From an uncultured bacterium (GTDB taxonomy: Bacteria > Acidobacteriota > Thermoanaerobaculia > Multivoradales > JAHZIX01), in the NCBI GenBank assembly GCA_965368975.1, contig CBDUPA010000004.1:32001-96000 (forward strand): a DNA stretch of 64,000 bases, read 5' to 3'. This document shows, piece after piece, positions 1 to 8,527 of this stretch (the first letter of the stretch is position 1; every line of letters starts with the position of its first letter). The notes below the pieces were generated by a model, which had not been told where the DNA came from, searched no databases, and was given only the letters and a program-made list of their open reading frames with translations. The translations under genes and the position numbers were made by a program.

Positions 1-293
1 ATCCGGAGCTGCCGCTGCGCGAGCAAGTCGCCGCCTACGGCAAGATCGCGCGGGCACGCTTCGACGTCGAGCGTTTCGAGGAGTTCAGCGCCGAACACCT
101 GGGACACCTGGGCGAGGTGGTCGACGACTTCTTCAGCTCCGACGTGGCGCGGCAAGCCGTGCAGGCCAAGGTGGCAGCGCTCTATCCGGAGCACGAGGTC
201 GAGCCGTTCACCGACCTCTTCTGGCAGCGCATCCAGGACTGGCGGTGCGAGGAAGGGCATTCCGCGGCAATCTCGAGCTCAGGAGACGAGTGA
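1..293 (+). CDS. 3' end of a gene entering the window; hypothetical, possibly the C-terminus of an ATP-grasp-fold protein
   Basis: Frame +3 is open from the window edge: PELPLREQVAAYGKIARARFDVERFEEF...KVAALYPEHEVEPFTDLFWQRIQDWR...SGDE*. TGA at 291-293 overlaps the next gene's GTG (GTGA). Family assignment is only a recollection of similar C-termini. Confidence 0.6.
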   Translation, partial: PELPLREQVAAYGKIARARFDVERFEEFSAEHLGHLGEVVDDFFSSDVARQAVQAKVAALYPEHEVEPFTDLFWQRIQDWRCEEGHSAAISSSGDE

Positions 294-1432
294 ACGGCGA
301 CGTCTACCTGTGTCTCCACTGCTGGCGGTCGATGGCGGTACGCGACGCCGGCTATCGGTGTCCGCGCTGCGCCAGCGAACCGGATCCCTGGTCGCTGGAA
401 GACGAAGCACGGCCGGTGCGCCACCTGCTCGACGACGGTCCTTGGGCACGTGTGCGTCGGGTCTTCGGGCGGCGAGTCTTCGGGAAGGCGGAGCAGGAGC
501 CCCACTGCCCGCGTCACCCGGACGCGGCGCTGCACTTCTACTGCGCTTGCGGCGAGCGCCTGCTGCCCAGTCTGCGCGTCGATGCCGGACAGCTGAAGGC
601 GGTCGGCCTCGCCGGGCCGCGGGCGAGCGGCAAGTCACACTTGCTGGTAGCGATGATCCACGCGCTGCAGCTGCGAGCCCGGGCGCGCGTCGCTCTCAAC
701 GGATTGGGCACCACCGAGCCGCGCTTCCGTGAGCTGTCGCGCCGTATCCTGGAAGCGGGTGAGCGTCTGCCGGCGACCTCCGAGGCTGCCGACCCGCACC
801 GGCACTTCGCCTGGGAAGTGCTCACCGAGCCAGGCGTGGACGTCAAGCGTCGCCGTGTGCTGGCGGTCTACGACCTGGCCGGCGAGTTCTGGGCGCGCCT
901 GCACGAGGAGCCACCGGAGACCCTACGCCGCTACCTGGCGTCGCTCGGCTCGGTGGCGCTGCTGGTCGATGGTGCCGTGGCCGCCAGCGATCTGCGCATC
1001 CCCGCCCACGACGCTTGGAATCAGCGCCCCGAGCCGGGCGACCACGGTGCCAACGATCGCTTCCTGCTGCGCCAGCTGATCGACGGTTTCGGCCGCGGCC
1101 AGGCGCGTCGCTCGCGTCTTGCCATTGTGCTCACCAAGTCGGATCTGTTCTGGGATCACGCCGACTTCCGCGCTCTGTCGCCCGCCGCTTCCGAACTCGA
1201 ACCCGCTGCTTACCAGAGCTTGATCCGTGGCTTGCTCGAACGCTCCGGCCGTCGGCCGCTGCTGATGAGCGCCGAGCGACACTTCGGGGAGGTGCGCCTG
1301 TTCGCCACCTCCAGCCTCGGCTTCCGCCCCAGCGGTGAGCACGTGGAGGGGGACCAGCTGCGCTACCACATCGAGCCCCACGGCGTCGTCGAGCTACTGC
1401 TGTGGTTGCTGGAGCTGGAGCACCTGGCCTGA
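290..1432 (+). CDS. Zinc-ribbon TRAFAC-class GTPase (double-GTPase system GTPase A)
   Basis: GTG start at 290 with AGGAG at 281-285. N-terminal CLHC..CPRC and CPRH..CAC metal-binding motifs. G1 GPRASGKS, G2 PAT, G3 DLAGE, G4 TKSD, G5-like SSLG. Confidence 0.8.
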   Translation: MNGDVYLCLHCWRSMAVRDAGYRCPRCASEPDPWSLEDEARPVRHLLDDGPWARVRRVFGRRVFGKAEQEPHCPRHPDAALHFYCACGERLLPSLRVDAGQLKAVGLAGPRASGKSHLLVAMIHALQLRARARVALNGLGTTEPRFRELSRRILEAGERLPATSEAADPHRHFAWEVLTEPGVDVKRRRVLAVYDLAGEFWARLHEEPPETLRRYLASLGSVALLVDGAVAASDLRIPAHDAWNQRPEPGDHGANDRFLLRQLIDGFGRGQARRSRLAIVLTKSDLFWDHADFRALSPAASELEPAAYQSLIRGLLERSGRRPLLMSAERHFGEVRLFATSSLGFRPSGEHVEGDQLRYHIEPHGVVELLLWLLELEHLA

Positions 1433-1471
1433 CGGGTCTGTCATCGAGGTGGCCAGGAAAGAGGCATCGAG

Positions 1472-2374
1472 ATGAGCGTCAAGCACTTGCTGTATGGCAA
1501 CCTACCGAGCGAGGATCTGCCGGGTGACGGTCCAGACGATGCGCGTGGTTTCCGCGTGCTGCTGCGCAAGGGGTGGGGTGATGACGGTGCCCCGCTGGAA
1601 GCTACCCGGCTCGAAGCTGCCGAGACGTGGCTACGCGAGCTGCAGCCCGCCACAACCACTGAAGCCAGCAACGCAGAAGCCAGTCCCCCCAAGATCGGCT
1701 ACGCGGCCGCCGGTCTGCGGCTGGATGGTCGGTTGCACAGCTGCCTGGTGCGCGTCGATGGCCGCTTCGGTCGCGATGCCTTCGGGCGTCCCGAGGGTCG
1801 TTTGGCGCACCTGTTGGCCTGTGAGGTCGACGAAGAGCGCGATGCCTGGCTGCACATCGCCTCGCTGGTCGCCTTGATGCAGGCCAGTGAGCAGCTCACT
1901 GGCGGCGAGGAGGCACTTTCCATCGCACAGGTCCGGGCCCAACTCGACCGCCTGCCGCGTGTCGAGTGGGCGTCGCCCAACCTGCAGGCCCTGCGCGTCC
2001 TGGGGCCGCGCCTGCTCGAGCCCTTCCTGACGGCCGCAGCTCGGGTTCTGGACGGTGCGCTCTCCGGTCCGGTCGAGCTGTGCCTGCCGGCCCCGCTGCC
2101 GCGGAGCGTTCCCGAGGTGCTGGCCGCGCTGACGGGAGCCCTGCCTCCACGCCTGCGACTGGCCTTGCGCTGGGGCTGGAACCTGCAGCCCTGCAAGAGC
2201 GTAAACTTGAGGGTGACGACTCATCCTCTCGGGAGCCCAACCGAAGTTCCCCCGGCCTACGCACGGGCCTTGCTGCACCGCTTGCAAGCCGGCGACGATG
2301 GTGCGGTGCGAGCGGTGGTCGAGAACTGGCAGGTCCGATCCTGGAATCAACTCTCAGCGCTGGCGGAGACCTAG
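1472..2374 (+). CDS. GAP1-N2-like GTPase-associated protein
   Basis: 300 aa, GAGG RBS. N-terminal HLLYG..GFRVL and GRDAFGRPEGRLAHLL resemble the G.D..GR.GN..AH signature of GAP1-N2 domains. Later LPPRLRLALRWG motif. Lies between two GTPase genes. Confidence 0.6.
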   Translation: MSVKHLLYGNLPSEDLPGDGPDDARGFRVLLRKGWGDDGAPLEATRLEAAETWLRELQPATTTEASNAEASPPKIGYAAAGLRLDGRLHSCLVRVDGRFGRDAFGRPEGRLAHLLACEVDEERDAWLHIASLVALMQASEQLTGGEEALSIAQVRAQLDRLPRVEWASPNLQALRVLGPRLLEPFLTAAARVLDGALSGPVELCLPAPLPRSVPEVLAALTGALPPRLRLALRWGWNLQPCKSVNLRVTTHPLGSPTEVPPAYARALLHRLQAGDDGAVRAVVENWQVRSWNQLSALAET

Positions 2375-2791
2375 ATGAGCACTACCAAAGCCCCAACTCC
2401 CGGAGAATTGAACCGCCAACAGCAGAGCATGGAGAAGGAGTTGCGCGCCTACGTCGATGCCCAGCTCGATGGCGTCATGGGCAGCGCGCGCGTCGACCAG
2501 CGCAGGTACAGAGCCATCGCCGCCAGGGGGCGAGCCCCCAAGAGCGGGGCCTGGCTGCTGGTGCTGTTGCTCGTCTCGCTGTTTGCCATGGTTGCCTGGC
2601 TGGGTTGGGGAATCAGCGTGCTCAGTGGCCAAGTCGAAGAGTTGGGTGGACGGGTCGAGAGTCTGACGCTCGAAGTCGAACGCCTGCGCGGAGCGGAGCC
2701 GGAAGCGGTCACGCCGCCCGAGGGGGACGAAGAACCGGCCGCGGTGATCGAAGAGCCCGCCGACCCGGCCGTGGAGACGCCCTCGTCGTGA
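2375..2791 (+). CDS. Small single-pass membrane protein with coiled coil and acidic/Pro-rich tail
   Basis: ATG immediately follows the upstream TAG. TM segment WLLVLLLVSLFAMVAWLGWGISVL, then heptad-like LSGQVEELGGRVESLTLEVERL. Stop overlaps the next GTG. Confidence 0.7.
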   Translation: MSTTKAPTPGELNRQQQSMEKELRAYVDAQLDGVMGSARVDQRRYRAIAARGRAPKSGAWLLVLLLVSLFAMVAWLGWGISVLSGQVEELGGRVESLTLEVERLRGAEPEAVTPPEGDEEPAAVIEEPADPAVETPSS

Positions 2792-5394
2792 CTCCCCCTG
2801 CCGGTGAGGGCGCGCCGCACGTCGTCGGTCAGGCTGTCGTCACGGATCCGGGCGGCGACTCGGCCGGTGGCTACGTCCTGGTGGCCGCGTCTCCGAGTGT
2901 TCGGGCCGATGAAGGGCACTTTCTCAAGCGCTGCTCGGGTATCAGCGAGCACTTGCACCGCAGCGAGCGTCCCGGACCGTACTTCACCTTCCTGCCGCTC
3001 CCCAAGAGTCCGGAGTCTAGGGCTGGCCGGGGCAACCACGCACTGATCCGCCGTTTCGTCGCCGGCCGGCGGCGCGGCGTGCACCGCGTCGTGGTGCACA
3101 TGCTGGTGGTGCCGGAACCTCTGCTCGACGCGCTGGACTGGGATGCCACCCTGCTCAGCACGCACTGTCGCTACTCGCCCGTCGGTGCCGCGGCCAGTGA
3201 CACGGGCAGTGACACGGGCAGTGACACGACTGGCGAAGCTGCTGGCGAACGGTTGTCCGACCTGGGCAAGGCCGCAGCGGCCGATCGTCTGCAAGAGTTG
3301 CCGGACTTGCGGTGCTCGCTGCCGGAGGCCGCGGCGGGCGCCGTTCCGGCAGCGCGCGTGGAAGCACAGCGTCAGCGAATCAGGTACCTACAGCGTGAGT
3401 GGGGTGAGCCCGCGCTCTTGGCCACCCTGGGCTGGACCTTCCACACGCTGCTCACCGGTCAGGGTGCGCTGTTGCCGCAGGCGCTGCCCTACCAGCAACT
3501 GCTCACCCTCGCCGCCGCCAGCTTGCCGCGCCGCGACCGTCGCCGGCTGGCCTGGAGCACGCACTTTGCCGCCGGTGTCCGTGCGGACTTCCGGCTGCTC
3601 AACGCGCCGCAACCCGAGGAGGCCCGACGCATGCAGGCGGAGCCGTCCAGCTGGCAGTGCCGTCCGCGCGAGCTCCCAGAAGTCGACGCCACGTCGACGA
3701 AGCTGGGACCGGCGCTCGCGTGGGTGGTGCTGCACGAGCCGGACCTGCTGGAGGCCTTCGAAGCGGGCTGGCGGGACTGGTCGCCGAGTCTGCTCTACGA
3801 CGCCGGTCGCGCACAGCGGTTTCTCGCCTGGCTGCGAGGGGATGCCCGCGGGGCGCGCGAGGGCTTCGCGTCGCTCGACGAGTTGGGAGCCTTCCTGCGT
3901 GCCTGCCGCGACGGCTGGGGCGGTACCGAAACGGAGCGCGACCCTTGGTTGAGTGGCACTGTCCTGCTGCGCGCCACCCTTCGCACTGCCTTGGTGCTCG
4001 CGGCCGGCACGGCACCACGCTGGGATGGATTGCTGCGCGGAACTCAGGAGCAAGTTGACGCTGCCGGCTGGGGTGACACGCTGACGCCGGTGTCAATCGC
4101 TGGTGCTTTGCTCGATACCTTCCAGCAAGCCGCGGATTCGGGTCGTTCGGCGGAGTTGATGGAGCAAGCCATCGTTCCGATGCTCGGGGCGGCACCGGAG
4201 AGGGTTCGGGAGCTGGCTAGTGTGCTCGCCTCTCTGCGCGGCGCAGCCATGTCGGCAACAGGTCGTGGGGAACTGTACCTGGTTGAGCTGTACCAGGAGC
4301 TGGCGGATTTGATCGTCTCGGTACTCGAACTGCAGCCGGAACAAGCCACGGCCGCGCTCGCGGCGCTGTTGCAAGCCGACGGTGTTCGTGTCCTGGACTG
4401 GCATAGCGAATTGGACGCATGGCTCCAGGTGCTGGCCCGTCTCGGCCGTCCCGAGCTGGCGTCGCGGTTGGCTGGTTGCGCGTGGCTGCGCTTGCGCGAA
4501 GAGGTGGGCTTGCGAGAAGAGGCGGGTTTGCCAGAGGAAGCTTGGGACTCCTTTCCCAAGGCCGCACTGCGCAGTCTCGACGTGCTGCAGGCGGAGTCCT
4601 TGCGCAGTGTCCTCGACGCCTGGCGTCCGCGCCTGGAACAGCTCGGCGGCAAGCCGGGCGAGGTGGCGCTCGTCAAGGCGTTGCGCGCGGCCGCGGGGCA
4701 GCTCGACCCCCGGATCGACGCCAAGGCGCAGTTCGATTTCGAGCTGGAGATCCAGCGCCTGCGCGTGGTGCGGGGCGAGCGCAGCACCGGCTCGGCGCTA
4801 CGCCGTCTCGACGACTTGGCCGCCGATCTGAGTGCTCGCCGCGGTCATGCCTTTGCCCTGCCGGGCGACGAGCTGCTATGTCTCTTTCCCCGCGCACCGG
4901 TCCCGTGCTGTGAGGCCCTGCTGCAGGCTTTACTCAGCGGCGCCACGCGCCCGTCCGTCAAGTGGAGCCTGCAGGGGCAGTGGCCGAAGGTGCTGGCACG
5001 CCTGGAGCGCGGGGTGCTCGAAGACGGCGCTGCGGCGCCGGACCTGGGCTGGCTGCCGGTGCCCGCCAAGCTGGCTGGGCGAGGTCGTGTCTTCCTGACC
5101 ACCAGCCGCTGGTTGGGGCGCAACTGGGACATCGATCCGGTCAAGGCCGCCGACTATCTTTCTTTCGCCCTCCAGCGTCGAGAGTTCGCCGCCGTCCAGG
5201 CCTTCCTGGACGCCAGTCGGCGTCACCTCCGCGACGGCAGTGTCGACGATGGTTGGCTGCGCCACCTGGTCGAAGTCGAGCCCAACCAGCTGCCGCAGCA
5301 GCTGCAGATCGTGGTCGGCCAGCACGGAGCCGCAGCCCTGCGCTTCGGCCGTCACGTGGACCGCTTGATCGAGCTGGGTAATACTGGCGCCTGA
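2788..5394 (+). CDS. Large GAP1-like protein (N-terminal GAP1-type domain plus long alpha-helical region)
   Basis: True start is likely the GTG at 2788 (GTGA overlap), giving about 868 aa. N-terminal GQAVVTD..GGYVLVAASPSV..YFTFLPL..VVVHMLVV, internal LPRRDRRRLAWST and FRLL motifs, then Leu/Ala-rich helical sequence. Confidence 0.6.
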   Translation: MTPPAGEGAPHVVGQAVVTDPGGDSAGGYVLVAASPSVRADEGHFLKRCSGISEHLHRSERPGPYFTFLPLPKSPESRAGRGNHALIRRFVAGRRRGVHRVVVHMLVVPEPLLDALDWDATLLSTHCRYSPVGAAASDTGSDTGSDTTGEAAGERLSDLGKAAAADRLQELPDLRCSLPEAAAGAVPAARVEAQRQRIRYLQREWGEPALLATLGWTFHTLLTGQGALLPQALPYQQLLTLAAASLPRRDRRRLAWSTHFAAGVRADFRLLNAPQPEEARRMQAEPSSWQCRPRELPEVDATSTKLGPALAWVVLHEPDLLEAFEAGWRDWSPSLLYDAGRAQRFLAWLRGDARGAREGFASLDELGAFLRACRDGWGGTETERDPWLSGTVLLRATLRTALVLAAGTAPRWDGLLRGTQEQVDAAGWGDTLTPVSIAGALLDTFQQAADSGRSAELMEQAIVPMLGAAPERVRELASVLASLRGAAMSATGRGELYLVELYQELADLIVSVLELQPEQATAALAALLQADGVRVLDWHSELDAWLQVLARLGRPELASRLAGCAWLRLREEVGLREEAGLPEEAWDSFPKAALRSLDVLQAESLRSVLDAWRPRLEQLGGKPGEVALVKALRAAAGQLDPRIDAKAQFDFELEIQRLRVVRGERSTGSALRRLDDLAADLSARRGHAFALPGDELLCLFPRAPVPCCEALLQALLSGATRPSVKWSLQGQWPKVLARLERGVLEDGAAAPDLGWLPVPAKLAGRGRVFLTTSRWLGRNWDIDPVKAADYLSFALQRREFAAVQAFLDASRRHLRDGSVDDGWLRHLVEVEPNQLPQQLQIVVGQHGAAALRFGRHVDRLIELGNTGA

Positions 5395-5425
5395 CGATGA
5401 GCAACCTCGTATTGAGCTACTCCGC

Positions 5426-6748
5426 ATGAGTTACCGCTGCCCCTCCTGCCAGAGCGTGCTCGATGACGCCTTCTGCCCTGACTGCAGTGTGTTGGCGGAC
5501 GAGATTCGCGAAGAGTCTGCCGCGCCGGCATCCGTCGCCCTGCCGCCTTTGCCCGAGCCACCATCGCCCCAATCGCTCCCCGGCTCGCCTTCCGAGCCGC
5601 CCCCCGTCGCCGCCACCAAGTCCGAAGGCACGGTCAGGCTGCCGGATTGGGGCGACGAAGTCGAGTCGCTCGGGCCCCGCCGGCCGTCCACTCGGCACGA
5701 GGCGGAGGTCAGCGTCGACGAGCTGGTGCAGCGTAGCCAGACCCAGGAGACGCCGACCCCGCGCCAGCGCCGCGCCGAACTGGAGCGTCTACAACTCGAC
5801 GGTCGCGACCTGGTCGAGCAAGACCTGGCCGATGGCTTCGAGCTGTTCCTGATCGCCGGCGTCGGCGGCAGCGGCAAGACCGAGTTGCTGGCAGCGCTGA
5901 GCAAGCTCGACGCCGGTTTCCTGCAGGACTTCGACCGCGACGAGCTGGGCCGGGTCACGCGCACCACCGTGCGATCCATCCATAGCCGTCACGTACGCGC
6001 GCCCGGCCGCAAGCTCAGTTTTATTGATGCCCCGGGTGAGCTCTTCGTCGACCTCTATCCCCTGCGCGACGCGGACGGCTATGGCGACAGCTACGGCGGG
6101 GGGCAGATCGAGCTGTGGCCGCAGCTGATCGCGCAGCGCTTCCGCGGCATGATCCTGGTCATCGACCTGGAGAAGCTGTGGTCGCTCGACGGACCGGCCG
6201 AGTGGCGCCAGCAGATCGAGATCGCTGCCTGGGTGCTGGAGGTCATGCGCTGGCTGCAGCACGATGGTCACTATCCGAGCGGCAGCTCGCACCAGCTGCA
6301 CCAGTACATCGATCGCCAGGTGCGCGGCATGAAGAAGAAGCTCAGCGTGCCGGTGCAGGTCGTGTTCACCAAGGCGGATGTGGTCAAGGGCACGCCGATC
6401 CCCAACTACCAGCGGCGGCTGTATCCCGTGGGTGAAGACCCCGTGCTCTTCGCCTTCCACTGCCTGCCCAAGCTGCACGACGCGCTGGTCGAACACGTGG
6501 CGCACTTTCGCTACGACTTCACTCACGCCATCGTCACCGACGGCACTACCGGCGCCGCGACCCAGCGTCCACCCTGCGGCGTGCGCTTGTCCATGGACTG
6601 GTTGCTCGATGCTGCCTGGGCACGCCAGCACTGGTGGCAGGTCACCACGGGTGGCTGGCTGCGCTGGCAGCGGCTTGTCGATCTCCTGACCGGCAAGAGG
6701 GAGCGCTGGAAGCGATTGCCGGACCCGGAACCTTTGGACTCGCCCTGA
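5426..6748 (+). CDS. Zinc-ribbon TRAFAC-class GTPase (double-GTPase system GTPase B)
   Basis: N-terminal CPSC..CPDC, Pro-rich linker, G1 GVGGSGKT, G2 RTT, G3 DAPGE, G4 TKAD. Trp-rich amphipathic C-terminus. Confidence 0.8.
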   Translation: MSYRCPSCQSVLDDAFCPDCSVLADEIREESAAPASVALPPLPEPPSPQSLPGSPSEPPPVAATKSEGTVRLPDWGDEVESLGPRRPSTRHEAEVSVDELVQRSQTQETPTPRQRRAELERLQLDGRDLVEQDLADGFELFLIAGVGGSGKTELLAALSKLDAGFLQDFDRDELGRVTRTTVRSIHSRHVRAPGRKLSFIDAPGELFVDLYPLRDADGYGDSYGGGQIELWPQLIAQRFRGMILVIDLEKLWSLDGPAEWRQQIEIAAWVLEVMRWLQHDGHYPSGSSHQLHQYIDRQVRGMKKKLSVPVQVVFTKADVVKGTPIPNYQRRLYPVGEDPVLFAFHCLPKLHDALVEHVAHFRYDFTHAIVTDGTTGAATQRPPCGVRLSMDWLLDAAWARQHWWQVTTGGWLRWQRLVDLLTGKRERWKRLPDPEPLDSP

Positions 6749-6778
6749 GACGACCTTGCTCTGAGAACTGGATCGAGC

Positions 6779-8527
6779 ATGCGCATCCAAATCAAACGCC
6801 CCGACGTCCCCGTAGCTCGTCTGTTGGCCTTCGTGCTACCCCTGGTGGCTGGGCTGATGGTGTTGTACGCCATGCTGCGGGTCCTGCCACATGCCGGCGA
6901 TCCCGCCGCTCTGCTGCGAGGTGCCCGTCTGCTGGCAGAGCGCACGCCGGTCGTCGAGGTGGGTTGGATCGAGGAAGCTTTCCCGCCGCGCTACCTCACC
7001 TCGCCGCCCGGGGCTCTGCCGTGCGCCAGCCGCACCAACGCACCCCGCCGCACGCGTGCCGCCGTCGAGACAGCATTGGTCGAGGCGCGTCGAGGCGAGA
7101 CGCAAGTCGCCATGGACCGCTTGCAGCGTCTGGGAGACCGTCACTGGCTGCCGCCGCTGGTCCTCGGTCTACTGCTGCTGGACTCGCAGACTGAGGCTGC
7201 TCAGGCTGAGTTCGCTCAGACAGAGAACGTCTCGCGTAGTCAGCTGGTGCTGGTGCGCGCCGTCGAACGTCAGGGTATCCGGCCGAGCGACAACGAGCAG
7301 ACCTTGCGCGCACAGATCTACCTGATGCAGGCCACCGCCTTCCTGCAGATCGAGCACGACCGAGCGGACGACAACCTGTTCACCTATGTCAAGAACCCGA
7401 TCGGTTTCACCAAGCTGCTGGTGCAGCGGGGCCGCTTGGCCGACGTCCAGTCGATGCCCACCTGGAGCCAGCTGGAGATTGCACCGCCCGGCTGTCCGCC
7501 GGGAACCCGGGGAGCGCTGTCAACCTACGATCTCTACAACAACCTGCTGGTGGCCTATCTGAAGTCGCCCGACTATGAAGAGACACAGAGCGAGCGAGAC
7601 GACGAGTTCAAGCGCACCTATCGAGACTCGCCGGTGTCCAACCCGCTGCTGATGGTGCTGCGCGAGGTGCAGCAAGATCTGACCGGCGGCGAGAACTGGG
7701 TGTGGGCGATCTCCAACGCCGAACGCATTCTGCGCTGGAATCCGGCGTCACCCAACGACGCCCGCCTGAGCTACAACCTGGCTGCGTTGCTCGATTCCGC
7801 CCTGCCTCACACCCCGGATGCCGCCCGCGCGTCCCTGCTACAGCGGCGCGACGATTTGCACCAGGCGGCGTTGGACTTGCGGGATCAACTCCAGGCTGGC
7901 GAACGTGCCGAACTCGTGGTCGGCCTGCTGCGACTCGACCTGCTGCGCGCCGCTCGTCAAAGTCGCCAGCCGGATGCTCTTTTGCTCGACGCCGCGACGC
8001 TCACGTCGGCCCAGCAGCGGACCGCTGACCAACTCCTGGCCGCACTGGCACGGCGCATCCATCCCGAGCAGCTGGCCTCGACCTTCACGCAGGCAGGTCG
8101 CACCGATGCCAGCCACACGCAAGTCGGCGTGGAGCTCGGCGAGCGCGCCACCGACTGGTTGGCCGCCCTCCGCTGGGACACGGCATCGACCCTCGGCCAG
8201 ATCGGCCTCGACCGGCGCGAAGAACTCGACTCGGCGCAGCTCTTGACCTACGCCCAGACCGGCTATGCCCTGCTCGATGGTCAGACCGCGCCGCCCGCAC
8301 TGGCCGAGCTGCGCGGCCTGGTCGACGATTGGCGTCGCTGGCTTCTGCCCGACTCCGTCCGCCTCGCCTGGCAGATTCTCGCCACCGTGCTGGCGCTGGC
8401 CGTCTTCCTGCTGCTGTGGCGCGAACTGCACTGGATCGCAGTGCTGCTGCGTCGCCGCAAGGCGCTGCTGACGTCCTTCTACCGCCTGGAAGCGGACGCT
8501 CAGCGGCGAGCGGCGGGACGCGGCTAG
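6779..8527 (+). CDS. Membrane-anchored hypothetical protein with N- and C-terminal TM helices
   Basis: 582 aa, 30 bp after GTPase B. TM LLAFVLPLVAGLMVLYAML near the N-terminus, TM LAWQILATVLALAVFLLLW near the C-terminus, helical middle region. Confidence 0.7.
   Translation: MRIQIKRPDVPVARLLAFVLPLVAGLMVLYAMLRVLPHAGDPAALLRGARLLAERTPVVEVGWIEEAFPPRYLTSPPGALPCASRTNAPRRTRAAVETALVEARRGETQVAMDRLQRLGDRHWLPPLVLGLLLLDSQTEAAQAEFAQTENVSRSQLVLVRAVERQGIRPSDNEQTLRAQIYLMQATAFLQIEHDRADDNLFTYVKNPIGFTKLLVQRGRLADVQSMPTWSQLEIAPPGCPPGTRGALSTYDLYNNLLVAYLKSPDYEETQSERDDEFKRTYRDSPVSNPLLMVLREVQQDLTGGENWVWAISNAERILRWNPASPNDARLSYNLAALLDSALPHTPDAARASLLQRRDDLHQAALDLRDQLQAGERAELVVGLLRLDLLRAARQSRQPDALLLDAATLTSAQQRTADQLLAALARRIHPEQLASTFTQAGRTDASHTQVGVELGERATDWLAALRWDTASTLGQIGLDRREELDSAQLLTYAQTGYALLDGQTAPPALAELRGLVDDWRRWLLPDSVRLAWQILATVLALAVFLLLWRELHWIAVLLRRRKALLTSFYRLEADAQRRAAGRG

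Noticed and set aside
1966-2787. N-terminal 274 codons of the listed 1142-aa ORF
   Set aside because: It overlaps two better genes (1472-2374 and 2375-2791) and has Arg/Gly/Ala-rich shadow composition. The GTGA overlap at 2788 gives a more plausible start.
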